Source: Patescibacteria group bacterium (GTDB lineage Bacteria > Patescibacteriota > Microgenomatia > UBA10105 > UBA927). Taken from it: a stretch of 64,000 nt of DNA. The notes beneath the pieces were generated by a model. That model was not told the DNA's origin and did not search any database. It saw only the letters and a program-made list of their open reading frames with translations. The stretch lies in the NCBI GenBank assembly GCA_049322955.1, contig JBMOPU010000012.1, forward strand, positions 617,517 through 681,516. Reading direction: 5' to 3'. The translations under genes were made by a program, and so were the position numbers. Positions 19,512-29,978 of this stretch are shown here, one piece after another (within the stretch, counting starts at the first letter, position 1; every line of letters starts with the position of its first letter).

Positions 19512-21246
19512 TCTCGGTTACCAGCTTTGCAAGGAAGTCATCAAGGGATTGTTCCTTGAGATTTTCCCCGCGCCGCGTACGAACGCTCACCGTGTTACTA
19601 TTTATTTCGGTATCCCCGATTATAGCTAAGTACGGCACTTTTTGCAACGAGCCATCTCGGACTTTGGCCTGCATGGGTTGGCTACGGAGGTCGGCTTCCG
19701 CCCTGATCCCCTTCTTCTTCATCATTTCGGCAACCGATACCGCCGCTTCGTTATGCCGTTCTGCAATCGGAACGACGATCGCCTGGACGGGAGCGAGCCA
19801 CAACGGGAATGCGCCGCCGTATTTTTCGATAAGAAATGCCATGGTTCGCTCGATGGCTCCCACCGAGGACCGGTGGACAACGACCGGTTCCGCCTCTTTA
19901 CCCTCTTCGTTGGTATAGCTCAGTTTGAAGCGTTTGGGCATGACAAAGTCATATTGCACGGTGAATGCCGTTTCCTCTTTGCCGTGAATATTCTTTATCT
20001 GCACATCAATTTTCGGGCCGTAAAACGCCGCTTCATCGGGTGCCTCATAGAATGACGCATTCCGTTTGACCAGCACCGTGCGAAGCACCGTTTCCGCTTC
20101 ATCCCACATGGCGTCATCCTTGAAGTATTTCTTTTCGTTAGATCGGTCTCCCAGCGACAGGCGATATCGGTAATCGGCTCCCGCGACAAGCCCCATGACC
20201 CGGGCGATGTAATCGATAAGATCCAAAACCGCGTTAATTTCCCCTTCCGCCTGACTTTTTTGGGCGATGATATGGGCATCCGCAAGGCAGAAGCTCCGCA
20301 CCCGCATAAGTCCCGAGAGCTCGCCCGATTTCTCATAGCGGAATAACTTGGCAAGTTCCGCATACCGAAGCGGCAGTTCCCGATAACTGCGGGTTTTTGC
20401 ACGGTACAGTTCAAAATGGTGCGGACACGTCATGGGCCGCAACATAAACTCATCTTCGTCGATCGTTATCGGGGCATACATTGTGTCCTTGTAATACGGA
20501 TAATGCCCGCTCGTGCGGTAAAGATCGAGTCTTGCCAGTTCGGGGGTGACCACATGCAGGTACCCTCGACGCAATTCTTCATCCACGACAAAGCGTTCCA
20601 ATTCCCGTCGTACGGTGGCTCCTTTCGGAGTCCAGAGCGGGAGCCCCTTCCCGACAAGGTCGGAAAAGGTAAACAGATCGAGTTCGACTCCCAATTTCCG
20701 GTGATCCCGTTTCTTGGCTTCTTCGAGCATCACTAGGTGTGCCTCGAGTTCTTTCTTTGTGGGGAAACAGGTGCCGTAGATGCGAGTTAACATTTTGTTC
20801 TTCTCGCTTCCCCGCCAATACGCTCCCGCCACCGAAAGCAGGGTAAAGTGCTTTATGTCACTGCTGGGGTGCTGGCAATGCCCTCCCCGGCACAGGTCCG
20901 TATAGTCGCCTGAGGTGTATGTGGTAAGTTTTTGATCTTCACCTGAAAATTCTTCTATCAATTCACGCTTATATTCGTTGTCGGCAAAAAGAGCGAGCGC
21001 ATCTTCTTTTGACACTTCCGCTCGGTCAAAGGATTTCCAGTTTTTGACAAGTTCCCGCATCTTGGCTTCGATTCGGGGAAAGTCGGCTTCCGACACTTTG
21101 TCGTTACCGAAATCGAAATCATAATAAAACCCGTCCTCTATGGCGGGGCCTATTGTACGTTTTGCATTCGGCCAAAGTTCCATGACGGCCGCCGCGAGCA
21201 AATGCGCGCACGAATGTCTCAGGTTCTCAAGATGTTTTGTTTCCAT
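19489..21246 (-). CDS. thrS: threonine--tRNA ligase (lacks N-terminal TGS domain)
   Basis: Editing-domain HxxxH (HSCAHLL), class II catalytic motifs, C-terminal anticodon-binding domain; 585 aa. Confidence 0.9.
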   Translation of the reverse strand: METKHLENLRHSCAHLLAAAVMELWPNAKRTIGPAIEDGFYYDFDFGNDKVSEADFPRIEAKMRELVKNWKSFDRAEVSKEDALALFADNEYKRELIEEFSGEDQKLTTYTSGDYTDLCRGGHCQHPSSDIKHFTLLSVAGAYWRGSEKNKMLTRIYGTCFPTKKELEAHLVMLEEAKKRDHRKLGVELDLFTFSDLVGKGLPLWTPKGATVRRELERFVVDEELRRGYLHVVTPELARLDLYRTSGHYPYYKDTMYAPITIDEDEFMLRPMTCPHHFELYRAKTRSYRELPLRYAELAKLFRYEKSGELSGLMRVRSFCLADAHIIAQKSQAEGEINAVLDLIDYIARVMGLVAGADYRYRLSLGDRSNEKKYFKDDAMWDEAETVLRTVLVKRNASFYEAPDEAAFYGPKIDVQIKNIHGKEETAFTVQYDFVMPKRFKLSYTNEEGKEAEPVVVHRSSVGAIERTMAFLIEKYGGAFPLWLAPVQAIVVPIAERHNEAAVSVAEMMKKKGIRAEADLRSQPMQAKVRDGSLQKVPYLAIIGDTEINSNTVSVRTRRGENLKEQSLDDFLAKLVTEIETKAIS

Positions 21247-21396
21247 AAAAAAACCGTCCTTTCCTTTGCGCTCCCCGCGTATGGCAGAGAAGGTTCCAGC
21301 GCAAATTTAGTAACGGTCCTTAATTTTCTATCGTATCGTTGATAGACCGCTTTACTTTAGGAGTGGTGAGGTCCTATGCAAACGTAAAGTATGTAT

Positions 21397-21424
21397 AGTC
21401 TAGCACACCCGTTCCGCGTGTCAA
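21397..21424 (-). promoter_or_regulatory. sigma70-like promoter for thrS (TTGACA-N16-TAGACT on the minus strand), followed by a ~150-nt structured leader
   Basis: Consensus -35 TTGACA read directly; the leader (21247-21390) contains inverted repeats (CTTTAC...GTAAAG; GCGCT...AGCGC). Confidence 0.4.
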
Positions 21425-21430
21425 ATACAC

Positions 21431-21841
21431 TCACATGCGCTCAAGTTGCCGGGGAGCCCGTTCCTGTAGATATCGTCGGACAAACTGATCTGCGTCTCGG
21501 TAAAAGTTATGCGTGTCTAAGACCGACAAATGGAGGGTTTTTATGGCATGCGCCTCGAAGTCGCGGATATGCCGGGCGTCATGGAGGTCTCCGCTAATAA
21601 GAACCGGTACGTGGCGTTTATGGAGATGCGGAGCTAGCGAAAGATATGTTTCGTCAGGAAACCCCATTGCATCGAATACGACGATACACGGAAGCTTTTC
21701 GCGAAGATGACGCTTGGCCAGATCCATGCTGTCGACGTGAGTAAAAACCGCATCGGGAAGTCCTTTAAACCCGGTTTCCACAAATCGTCTCCAATCGTTG
21801 GCAATTGCTTTGGGACTCAGGAAAGTCAGTATTGATGTCAT
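21431..21841 (-). CDS. hypothetical protein (weak CheY-receiver-like alpha/beta pattern)
   Basis: 136 aa; IVVFDAMGFPDE...VPVLISGD pattern; no confident family. Confidence 0.3.
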   Translation of the reverse strand: MTSILTFLSPKAIANDWRRFVETGFKGLPDAVFTHVDSMDLAKRHLREKLPCIVVFDAMGFPDETYLSLAPHLHKRHVPVLISGDLHDARHIRDFEAHAIKTLHLSVLDTHNFYRDADQFVRRYLQERAPRQLERM

Positions 21842-21886
21842 ACGATTGCGTCGCTTTCCGCATATTGGCTCACAAAAGCCAATTTG

Positions 21887-22402
21887 TCAAATGCGGAAGG
21901 CATAAATATGGTTCACCGTATCTTGTCGTACCACCTTCCAATCCGGGAACATGAAGCTATTTGAAATTACCAGCGCACCCGGTTTTAATTCCTTTTTTAA
22001 CTTTTTTGCCAGAACATCCATTTTCCAGGGAATCAGATACACAAACACGACATCCGCATTCGTAAGGTCAGCGGACCAGAGGTTCTGCCAACGGACCGTA
22101 ATACGGCCCCTGTATGCCCCCAGGAAGGCTTTTATTTGGGTAAAACGCACGAGATACGGATTGATCTCAATGCCGATGGCGTTGGCTCCTTTTTTGGCGG
22201 CGGCAAAAAGCACCCGTCCGTCGCCGGATCCCACGTCGATAATCGTCTGTCCAGACCGTATTTTGGCAAGCGCGACCATGGCATCAACCGATTTTTTTGA
22301 AGAGGGCACGAACGGTCCTCCCGTGACGAAAGCCAGGCAAAGAAACAGGAAAAACCCGGCCATAAGCAGTTGCAGGATAAGAAAAAGAATACTAAGCATC
22401 AT
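21887..22402 (-). CDS. membrane-anchored class I SAM-dependent methyltransferase
   Basis: N-terminal TM helix followed by an IIDVGSGDGRVLFAAAKKGANAIGIEINP SAM-binding motif. Confidence 0.55.
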   Translation of the reverse strand: MMLSILFLILQLLMAGFFLFLCLAFVTGGPFVPSSKKSVDAMVALAKIRSGQTIIDVGSGDGRVLFAAAKKGANAIGIEINPYLVRFTQIKAFLGAYRGRITVRWQNLWSADLTNADVVFVYLIPWKMDVLAKKLKKELKPGALVISNSFMFPDWKVVRQDTVNHIYAFRI

Positions 22403-23040
22403 ATTCGTTCTGCGGTGACAATAAGGCGTTTATATGTGGTACCGGGCGGCCAGCACGTCATAAGCGTGACCGTTTCCTTGCCGTTTCCCTTGTTTGTCAG
22501 ATATTCTACCGCTTTGGGTGAAACGGTATTTTTACGGGTAACCCGATAGGTATATTTTGCATCATCAAAGTAGAGCAAGATCGTATCATTATCTTCCAAC
22601 TTGCTTAAAAGATAAAACACCGAATTGTATCTAGTTGCCTCATAAAAATTTACCGACGAATGGGAAAACAAAAATACATTTCCCTGGCTCCCGGGTTTTG
22701 CCGTGCCTTTGGCGTGTGCAACGCCACGGGTAAGTGCCACCTGATATTGGCGGCTGTCATACGGATTGACGTCGGGGACAATCACGGCATTCGCGCCGAT
22801 TTTGGGGATGACGATACCGAATTTCCTGTCGACCGGGATGATGTTTCTCGCATGCAATACGGGGATGTTGTTCGTTATCGAATACCCGAGCTCTTCCCGA
22901 ATCACGGGCCAAAACGTGGCAAGGGCTATCACAAAAGATAACGCGATGCACGAAATGCCGCCGTAGGTGAAAAATATGCCCCAGGGGATCGGTCGTCGCG
23001 GATCAGACGGAGAGATCTTTTTTCTTTTTCCGGAAGGCAT
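22399..23040 (-). CDS. sortase family transpeptidase
   Basis: N-terminal TM, conserved His region (VFLFSHSS), and a TLMTCWP (TLxTC catalytic Cys) motif; located immediately downstream of a surface-protein gene. Confidence 0.7.
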   Translation of the reverse strand: MPSGKRKKISPSDPRRPIPWGIFFTYGGISCIALSFVIALATFWPVIREELGYSITNNIPVLHARNIIPVDRKFGIVIPKIGANAVIVPDVNPYDSRQYQVALTRGVAHAKGTAKPGSQGNVFLFSHSSVNFYEATRYNSVFYLLSKLEDNDTILLYFDDAKYTYRVTRKNTVSPKAVEYLTNKGNGKETVTLMTCWPPGTTYKRLIVTAERI

Positions 23041-23989
23041 AAAGCAAGGCTCCTAGTACAAGTATAGCACCGGCGATCGCCATGTTGCGGGCCGTAGAAG
23101 ATTTGTCTGTGCTTTCGGACGTTTTGACCACTTCCGCGCTCGGCGTCGTGTCACCGAGAGTTTCGCCGCTTGTGCCGGTAGGTTGTATGCTCCCGCTTGT
23201 CGAGGATTGTCCCAGGATGCTTCCTCCCGCGTTGCCGCCGCCACTTACCGGGATTGCTCCCTGTGCGGGAGATCCGGTCGGATTGATGACGGTGACGGTG
23301 CTTACATTGTCTCCGATAAGTGCAGAGCCGTTACCCGCCGCATCAAAAGCCCGTACGGCGTAGTAGTACGTCTTGCCGCAGTCAGGTGGGGTATCCGTGA
23401 CGTTTTTGGCCTCATCGGATCCTATGGAAATTACCTGTATGCGCGAGCCGCCGTCCGCGTTAAACGGTACCGCGTCGGATCGGTAGAGTTCTGCCTTGAC
23501 CGTGGCGCCGCTGTCATTTGCGGTTTTGAAATGAATGGTATATTCACAGGCGTTTGTTTTGTTTTTGCTGTAATCGCGCAGATCCCCCGGGCCGCTGGTG
23601 TCATAGGTCACCGTTGTCGTTTCATCGTCGAAGTTATCGCCCGATCCGTCTCCCGCGGTGGCTTCTACTTTAAACGAGTACGTTCCTTCGCCGTCATTGA
23701 GCACGGCATTATCTACGGCACAGCTCCCGCTGTTGCCGCCGTCGGCAAACGTTTGAGTGCTACCGAACTGTGAGAATGCCGCATCGGAAGGACCTTTCTG
23801 AAAACATTTAACGGTCACCGTTCTTCCCTGAAGGTCCAGAACAACAAAGCTCACGGTGAAGTTATTTTGATTGATCGGCGATTTGGGCTGTTGGATTCTG
23901 ACGCTGACATTTTTGGCGGCATACACCCTGCCCGTTACGGCAAACGCCGACAATCCCGCTACAGAGAGAATAATCAGTTTTTTAAACAT
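23003..23989 (-). CDS. secreted cell-surface protein with Ig/Fn3-like beta domains and C-terminal hydrophobic anchor + KKKK tail
   Basis: Signal peptide; beta-rich repeats; C-terminus NMAIAGAILVLGALLYAFRKKKKDLSV resembles a sorting signal but lacks canonical LPXTG. Confidence 0.55.
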   Translation of the reverse strand: MFKKLIILSVAGLSAFAVTGRVYAAKNVSVRIQQPKSPINQNNFTVSFVVLDLQGRTVTVKCFQKGPSDAAFSQFGSTQTFADGGNSGSCAVDNAVLNDGEGTYSFKVEATAGDGSGDNFDDETTTVTYDTSGPGDLRDYSKNKTNACEYTIHFKTANDSGATVKAELYRSDAVPFNADGGSRIQVISIGSDEAKNVTDTPPDCGKTYYYAVRAFDAAGNGSALIGDNVSTVTVINPTGSPAQGAIPVSGGGNAGGSILGQSSTSGSIQPTGTSGETLGDTTPSAEVVKTSESTDKSSTARNMAIAGAILVLGALLYAFRKKKKDLSV

Positions 23990-24016
23990 GGAGCCTCCGT
24001 GTGTATTTCCCGGCAG

Positions 24017-24289
24017 TTAATAATCCGATACCCGTAATGAACAGGAGTACCGCAAACGCGAGCCATGCTTCATCCGCTCCCCTATGAGAATTTCAGCAGG
24101 ATATGAAACGGGCGCAGACGCGGAGGTAAAAAGCGAGGCGTGACGAAGTGAAAGCGTCATACTTCGGAAATATAAAAATTTGTGGGCGCCCCAAACGCCG
24201 AGCAAAACAACTCCGAGGACAAGCAAAACCGTTCCCATGACGCTTTGCCGGTTATGCTGTTTCTTCAAATTTTTCTTGCGTTTTGGCAT
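24017..24289 (-). CDS. small membrane protein (hypothetical)
   Basis: 90 aa; basic N-terminus then one TM helix. Confidence 0.3.
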   Translation of the reverse strand: MPKRKKNLKKQHNRQSVMGTVLLVLGVVLLGVWGAHKFLYFRSMTLSLRHASLFTSASAPVSYPAEILIGERMKHGSRLRYSCSLRVSDY

Positions 24290-24373
24290 GGTGTATCTGT
24301 AGTGTAACAGAGAGCGAGTTCCACCAAAAAGGGGCTCCTAGCAGAGCCCCTTTTGTGCTGCGAATTGAAAATA

Positions 24374-25108
<735 letters not shown>

Positions 25109-25309
25109 CGCCGATTTTCCCGGCGCCTCCTCTGTTAATAAATAATAAATAACCGATAGTTTAGGGTGTAAAAATCACATATCCCTATCTATCAGTCTTT
25201 TCTATCGTAAAATTCTAGGCAGAAGAAATTTATTGAGGCTTATAGTGTAACATACCATACGTAACCTGACAAGAGAGGCGTATCTTTTGGCGAAGAATGC
25301 TTGCGAGGG

Positions 25310-25383
25310 TGGGCGCACAGGGGCTCGAACCCCGGACCTTTGCAATGTGAATGCAACGCTCTAGCCAGCTGAGCTATGCGCCC
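25310..25383 (-). tRNA. tRNA-Val (anticodon CAC), no encoded CCA
   Basis: Manual cloverleaf: acceptor GGGCGCA/TGCGCCC, anticodon loop TTCACAT, T-loop TTCGAGC. Confidence 0.8.
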
Positions 25384-25390
25384 GTGTTTT

Positions 25391-25430
25391 CTGGGACAAA
25401 ACCTGCGGTTTTTTCCCAACGATTTTCCCT
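25391..25430 (-). promoter_or_regulatory. conserved tRNA 5'-leader hairpin motif, copy 1 (upstream of tRNA-Val)
   Basis: Plus-strand CTGGGACAAAACC-TGC-GGTTTTTTCCC-AACGATTTTCCC; shared with copies at 31450 and 33588. Confidence 0.5.
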
Positions 25431-25636
25431 TCAGTGGAGTCGCGAAAGCAGAGGTTCCTCTGCAGAAAACTTCGCGAAGCGTCTTTGTTACTGAAAGAAA
25501 ACATTGTCATTATATATGGAAGCAACGGATTTGGAAAGAATTGTAACGAAAGGGAAAAAGAGCGGTGGCGGTGTTTATCCGGCTATGCCGGATGCCACAT
25601 CGAGAAAAAACCCGCAGGTTTTGTCTCGAGATGCGC

Positions 25637-26239
25637 TTAGCCTGCTGAGGTGGCAAGCGACCGTTCATTAGAGAGGCCAAAGGTGGTACCGTGTTTCTTG
25701 TACATACCCCAGTACCCCATTTTCTTTTTGCGGGTAGCAAATGACGCAAGCCAGGTGCGGCTATCCTCAACCTGTTCACGAAGCACTTTGATGAACGTGC
25801 GAAGTTGTTCGTAGAAGTTCAAATGATACACGCCGGGATTGACCACTTCCTGACTGACTGCGGTCGCGACTTCATTATGGAGGTTTTTGAGCGATACGAT
25901 AAGCGCTTTCAGTTCGGCACGAATTGCATCAAGCTGGCGCTTTGTTTCCGCTTCGATTACATCCGAATTCGGTTTGGGCTGAGGATGTGCTTCCACCCGA
26001 ACGGGTTGCACCGCAACCTGTTTTTCCGGTTTCGTATCACCGAATTCAATGGTTTGATTCGGCCGTAGTTCTCCCGATGCGGGCATCCCCCCGATAAGCG
26101 AAGCGACGATATCACCCCCGATTTTCGAAAATTCGGAAACTGTACTTTTCCCCACGCTTGAAGGTACGGAGCCCAAAGCTTCGAGGACATTATCGTTCTT
26201 ATAATGGTTCTGCTTTTTCTTGGAGGCTAGCTGTGCCAT
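25637..26239 (-). CDS. hypothetical protein
   Basis: 200 aa, no recognisable motif; lies upstream of the trigger-factor-like gene. Confidence 0.4.
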   Translation of the reverse strand: MAQLASKKKQNHYKNDNVLEALGSVPSSVGKSTVSEFSKIGGDIVASLIGGMPASGELRPNQTIEFGDTKPEKQVAVQPVRVEAHPQPKPNSDVIEAETKRQLDAIRAELKALIVSLKNLHNEVATAVSQEVVNPGVYHLNFYEQLRTFIKVLREQVEDSRTWLASFATRKKKMGYWGMYKKHGTTFGLSNERSLATSAG

Positions 26240-26282
26240 AGCGCCTGCATTATACCCTCACGGGCAGTGCAATTGCAAACGA

Positions 26283-27149
26283 TTACGCCATGAGGCCGTC
26301 GAGGGTTTTTTGCCTTCGGATGAGTGACGTTAGGTAATACCGTTGCCCTTCAAGCGCCGTGCGCTCTTCGGGTGATTTGGCGGTCGAAAGGAGCTTATCC
26401 ACTTCCGCTTCGCTCACGGTAACCTTTTCCTGCTCGGCAATCGCTTCAAGACCGAACTCAAGGGTCAGGTTCTTGGCCGCCTGGGCACGAAAATCAGCCC
26501 GAATCGAGTCTGCCGTCTTTCCTGTTGAGGAGAGATACTGTTCCACGGAAAGCCCGAGTTTTTTGGTTTGATCGACGAGTTGTGAAAGCTGATGGGTAAC
26601 TTCATGCTCAAGCAAAATTCCGGGAAGCTTCGCCTCGATTGCGGTAAGCAATGCATCAAGTACTTCGTCCACGGAAGGCCCTTTCGGTTGCGTATCTTCT
26701 TTCCCCGGAACCAGTATTTTGCTCCCGCCTTTGGCCGCTTTGACATCGGCCACTGCTTTTTTGTAGTCCTTCAGTGTCACGACGGGTCGTTCACAGGTTT
26801 TGGCAAGAACGATCCAATCTTTCCCTTCTTCTGCACTTTTCAGTTCAATCTGCGGCATCATGATGGGCGCGACTTTTTGTTCCATCACGGCGTCGGTATA
26901 GGCTTTCGGCACTAACCGCTTGATTGTTTCTTCGTAGGTTTTGGTCTTGTCGATATTTTCCTCAATGATTTGCTTGGGAGCTTTTCCTTTGCGGAAACCT
27001 GCTATTTCGGTGTTACTTGCCGTCTCGGTAACGACGGTCTGATACATGTCCTGGATGTCGCTCCAGGGAATGGTGATGGTAAGTTCAATTGTGCCGTCTT
27101 CGGTTCGGTTGATGGTGCTTTTCATAATTGCCAAGTGTAACACAGGCAT
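26283..27149 (-). CDS. tig: trigger factor, domain-reduced (N-terminal ribosome-binding + C-terminal domain, no PPIase domain)
   Basis: GFRKGKAP trigger-factor signature in the N-domain; total length only 288 aa; an alternative start is 27125. Confidence 0.6.
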   Translation of the reverse strand: MPVLHLAIMKSTINRTEDGTIELTITIPWSDIQDMYQTVVTETASNTEIAGFRKGKAPKQIIEENIDKTKTYEETIKRLVPKAYTDAVMEQKVAPIMMPQIELKSAEEGKDWIVLAKTCERPVVTLKDYKKAVADVKAAKGGSKILVPGKEDTQPKGPSVDEVLDALLTAIEAKLPGILLEHEVTHQLSQLVDQTKKLGLSVEQYLSSTGKTADSIRADFRAQAAKNLTLEFGLEAIAEQEKVTVSEAEVDKLLSTAKSPEERTALEGQRYYLTSLIRRQKTLDGLMA

Positions 27150-27173
27150 GCCTGAGCGTAAAGGGATCGCTCA

Positions 27174-27641
27174 TCAATTGGAAAGATTGAGCTCGAGATC
27201 CAAGATGGGAGGAGCAAGGGTACTGTCCTGTAACGAAAACGAGTTGAGTGTTGCCGAAAATGAGGCAATCTCTTCCTTAAATGCCATAAACGCGGTGGTT
27301 GTCGCAATCCGGGAGACATTGGGAGGAGGGGTCGGTGTCGGTATATGTGTGGGCGTGACGGCAACGGGAGGAGCGGACGTCGTCGGCGCGGCACTTCGTG
27401 CATACAATAAGCCGAAAACCACAATTCCAACAAACAGGATCGCACCGACGACAATATAAAGAACATTCCCCTTTTTTGCTTTGGGAGGAGCAGTCGGCGG
27501 GGTGGTGAGTGATGAAAGTGACGGTTGAACCGTAGGGGTCTGTTCGGGTGCTTGTTGTTGAGGAACAGGCGACGGGGTGGCCTGTGGTGCGGTTGCTGTC
27601 GGTTCATTCACTGTCGGTGATGGTGATTGTTGTTCGTCCAT
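27174..27641 (-). CDS. Pro/Thr-rich single-pass membrane protein (hypothetical)
   Basis: PT-rich low-complexity N-terminus, one TM helix (LYIVVGAILFVGIVVFGLL). Confidence 0.4.
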   Translation of the reverse strand: MDEQQSPSPTVNEPTATAPQATPSPVPQQQAPEQTPTVQPSLSSLTTPPTAPPKAKKGNVLYIVVGAILFVGIVVFGLLYARSAAPTTSAPPVAVTPTHIPTPTPPPNVSRIATTTAFMAFKEEIASFSATLNSFSLQDSTLAPPILDLELNLSN

Positions 27642-27643
27642 AG

Positions 27644-28441
27644 TTATTCGTAGGTTAATGCGGTTTCCAATTCCTTAAGATACGATCCCGCTTCCACAAG
27701 ATCTTGTCGTGCGGTATTGACGGTTCCCTGTAATTGCTGGAATATGCGCTCCTGTTGTTGCACGTCTCCGGTAATTTTGGGAATCGTCGCCCGAATCGTA
27801 TTGGCTTTTTGCTGATACAAGCTGTATTTATTGGAAAGAGCCAACAGCCAACGATCCAAAATAGCCTGCTTTTGGGGTGAAGCGTCCGTTTTGCTCGCAT
27901 TGATAAGCACCTGCGAGTGGGTCGCGACATCATTAAACTCTTTGGCGAAGTAGTTAAGATACCCAAGTTGCAGTGCCGCGATAATCTGCCGATAGGCCGA
28001 CTGCATGGTTTCGTAGTTGGTAACAAATTTTTCCGATACGTCTTCGGCGTCATCAAGTGAAGCGATCGAAGGGGCTAAAATAAGATGTTGATCCAAATAC
28101 GCGATTTGGTTGGTGAGGATCGCCCGATACGTTTGTTTTTCGCTGGCGATCATTCCGGGGTTTTCCGTGATTTTCTCATTAAGAAACAGGAAATAGGTTT
28201 TCGCGACATTCCCCCGCTGGGCGATATACAATTTCACTTTTTCCAGTACATCCTGTTGCGATGCCAACGATTTGAATTGCTTGTATTGATTTAACGCAAT
28301 CTGGTAATCGGATAACCGTTGGCGATACACGCTGAACTGATATTGGTAATCCTGATATGCCTGTTGACTCGTGGCAAAAGCGGGCCGTGGCACGATAAGG
28401 AAGCTCACCGCCAGCAAAAATAGATACGCAATTCTTCTCAC
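27644..28441 (-). CDS. secreted alpha-helical hypothetical protein
   Basis: Signal peptide MRRIAYLFLLAVSFLIVPRPAFA; Q/Y-rich helical repeats. Confidence 0.45.
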   Translation of the reverse strand: MRRIAYLFLLAVSFLIVPRPAFATSQQAYQDYQYQFSVYRQRLSDYQIALNQYKQFKSLASQQDVLEKVKLYIAQRGNVAKTYFLFLNEKITENPGMIASEKQTYRAILTNQIAYLDQHLILAPSIASLDDAEDVSEKFVTNYETMQSAYRQIIAALQLGYLNYFAKEFNDVATHSQVLINASKTDASPQKQAILDRWLLALSNKYSLYQQKANTIRATIPKITGDVQQQERIFQQLQGTVNTARQDLVEAGSYLKELETALTYE

Positions 28442-28488
28442 CGAATTATCGTACCATGCAAAAAAATGAGAATCAACGCGAAATATTT

Positions 28489-28797
28489 TTACTTCCTCTT
28501 GGTGTGGTGATGTTCGGGTAATCGGGTAGCGATACCGCAGGTGAGGCTAAACAGACGGAGTTTCGTACGACCGTCCGCAAGGCAAAAGTTGCAGGCTTTT
28601 TTCATCGTATCCGTTACTTTTGTGCCTTCCGCGCCTATGGCATCCCATTGCTTCCCCAAATCGGTGAGCATCGTTCGTATGAGCTGGCGGTTTCCCTCTC
28701 CCGCCTCTGCGTCTTCGGCCTGATGGCAGGCTAAGCACTGACCGTCGATGGCCCGAGCGGCCGCTTCTAATTTGTCGTCCGAAAGAATTTCATTCAT
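28489..28797 (-). CDS. small CxxC...CxxC putative metal-binding protein (contains CLACH)
   Basis: Two Cys pairs (CLAC, CNFC); no signal peptide. Confidence 0.35.
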   Translation of the reverse strand: MNEILSDDKLEAAARAIDGQCLACHQAEDAEAGEGNRQLIRTMLTDLGKQWDAIGAEGTKVTDTMKKACNFCLADGRTKLRLFSLTCGIATRLPEHHHTKRK

Positions 28798-28952
28798 GGG
28801 TTATGCGAGCTTTTTTTACCGTACGTTATGTCGTGAAGAAGCATTGAATACTTGTAACCGCGACACCCTGCAAAGTGTGATGCGTTTTGTGCTCCCGAGA
28901 GAAACGATCCCCTAAGGGGTACCACATCCCGCTCAGCGGGATACGTTGAGTG

Positions 28953-29034
28953 TGCCGCTGAGAGGACTTGAACCTCTAAGCCTTACGGCACAGGTTCCTA
29001 AAACCTGCGTGTCTACCAGTTTCACCACAGCGGC
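28953..29034 (-). tRNA. tRNA-Leu (anticodon TAG), long variable arm, no encoded CCA
   Basis: Manual fold: acceptor GCCGCTG/CAGCGGC, anticodon loop TTTAGGA, T-loop TTCAAGT; near-identical to tRNA-Leu(GAG) at 41370. Confidence 0.8.
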
Positions 29035-29056
29035 GTATGCTCGATTATACCCTGCT

Positions 29057-29662
29057 TTAGATGGTGACTTCCAGATGTTCGACACCCACGGGATCAAAGT
29101 TTTCGATCTTCGTAAGGAAATAACGCACCTTTATACTCCACGTCGGTGACGCGGCATAGATGCTCCCCATTTTCTCAATGGTATCCGCTCCACGATCAAT
29201 ATACCGATACTTCAAACCCTCGGAAACCGTGGTAATCCCGTCTTTCCAGCTGTCAAAATGTATACCGTCATTTTGTCCGGTGAATACTCCCCAACCCCAT
29301 CCGTTATAGGAATTGCGCGGAATATGTTTGCCGAAGGTAGATTCTACCCCTGCAATGGCGGCGACAAGTTTCCAATCAAGCCCAAGTCTGTCTGCCTCCG
29401 CGATAAAATGCCCCGCATCATCCGCCATGGGTGAATTATGCAGAGTAAGGTATGCCTTCAGTTTGGTGACACGGGCATCGGCAACCGTTTCAGGTATGGG
29501 AAGATGCGCGGAAGCTTCCGCCATGGGAAGAGCCTGCGCAAAAGCGGGCTTTGTAATACACCCAAAAAGGACAAACGACAATGCTATAGTTATGGCTTTT
29601 TTCATAGTCTTACCTCGCATTGATCCCGATACATTCGGGACAAAGGTGAAGTAAGAGAACAT
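29057..29662 (-). CDS. secreted lytic transglycosylase / muramidase-like protein (paralog A)
   Basis: Signal peptide; AIAGVESTFG (ES catalytic-Glu-like motif); paralogous to 29979..30575. Confidence 0.45.
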   Translation of the reverse strand: MFSYFTFVPNVSGSMRGKTMKKAITIALSFVLFGCITKPAFAQALPMAEASAHLPIPETVADARVTKLKAYLTLHNSPMADDAGHFIAEADRLGLDWKLVAAIAGVESTFGKHIPRNSYNGWGWGVFTGQNDGIHFDSWKDGITTVSEGLKYRYIDRGADTIEKMGSIYAASPTWSIKVRYFLTKIENFDPVGVEHLEVTI

Positions 29663-29978
29663 CTTGCCTCATATGTGGGTGAGGCATCGGGGAAGACTGA
29701 GGAATGAGTCGTTAACGGGTACTCAAGCGGGCAGTTTATTTAGCCTCAATTTGAGGCGGCTTGAGTATCCATTAATAACCCTAAAGCAAGCTATGGTTTA
29801 GGTAGCAAACCTTAGGATCTAAGGATGTACTATACCCTATAATAGTTATCTTGTCAAGTCTATGGGCTATTCAGACAAAATGATCTACCCTATTATATAG
29901 GCGCGTTAGTACTTTTTTGTATGTATTATGGGTTAATTATTTGGAGATAAAAAATAAGAAAAGACGAAGCGCGAATAC

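Noticed and set aside
28489-28797. c-type cytochrome (CXXCH)
   Set aside because: No N-terminal signal peptide or TM anchor; haem attachment requires export. More likely a CxxC metal-binding protein.
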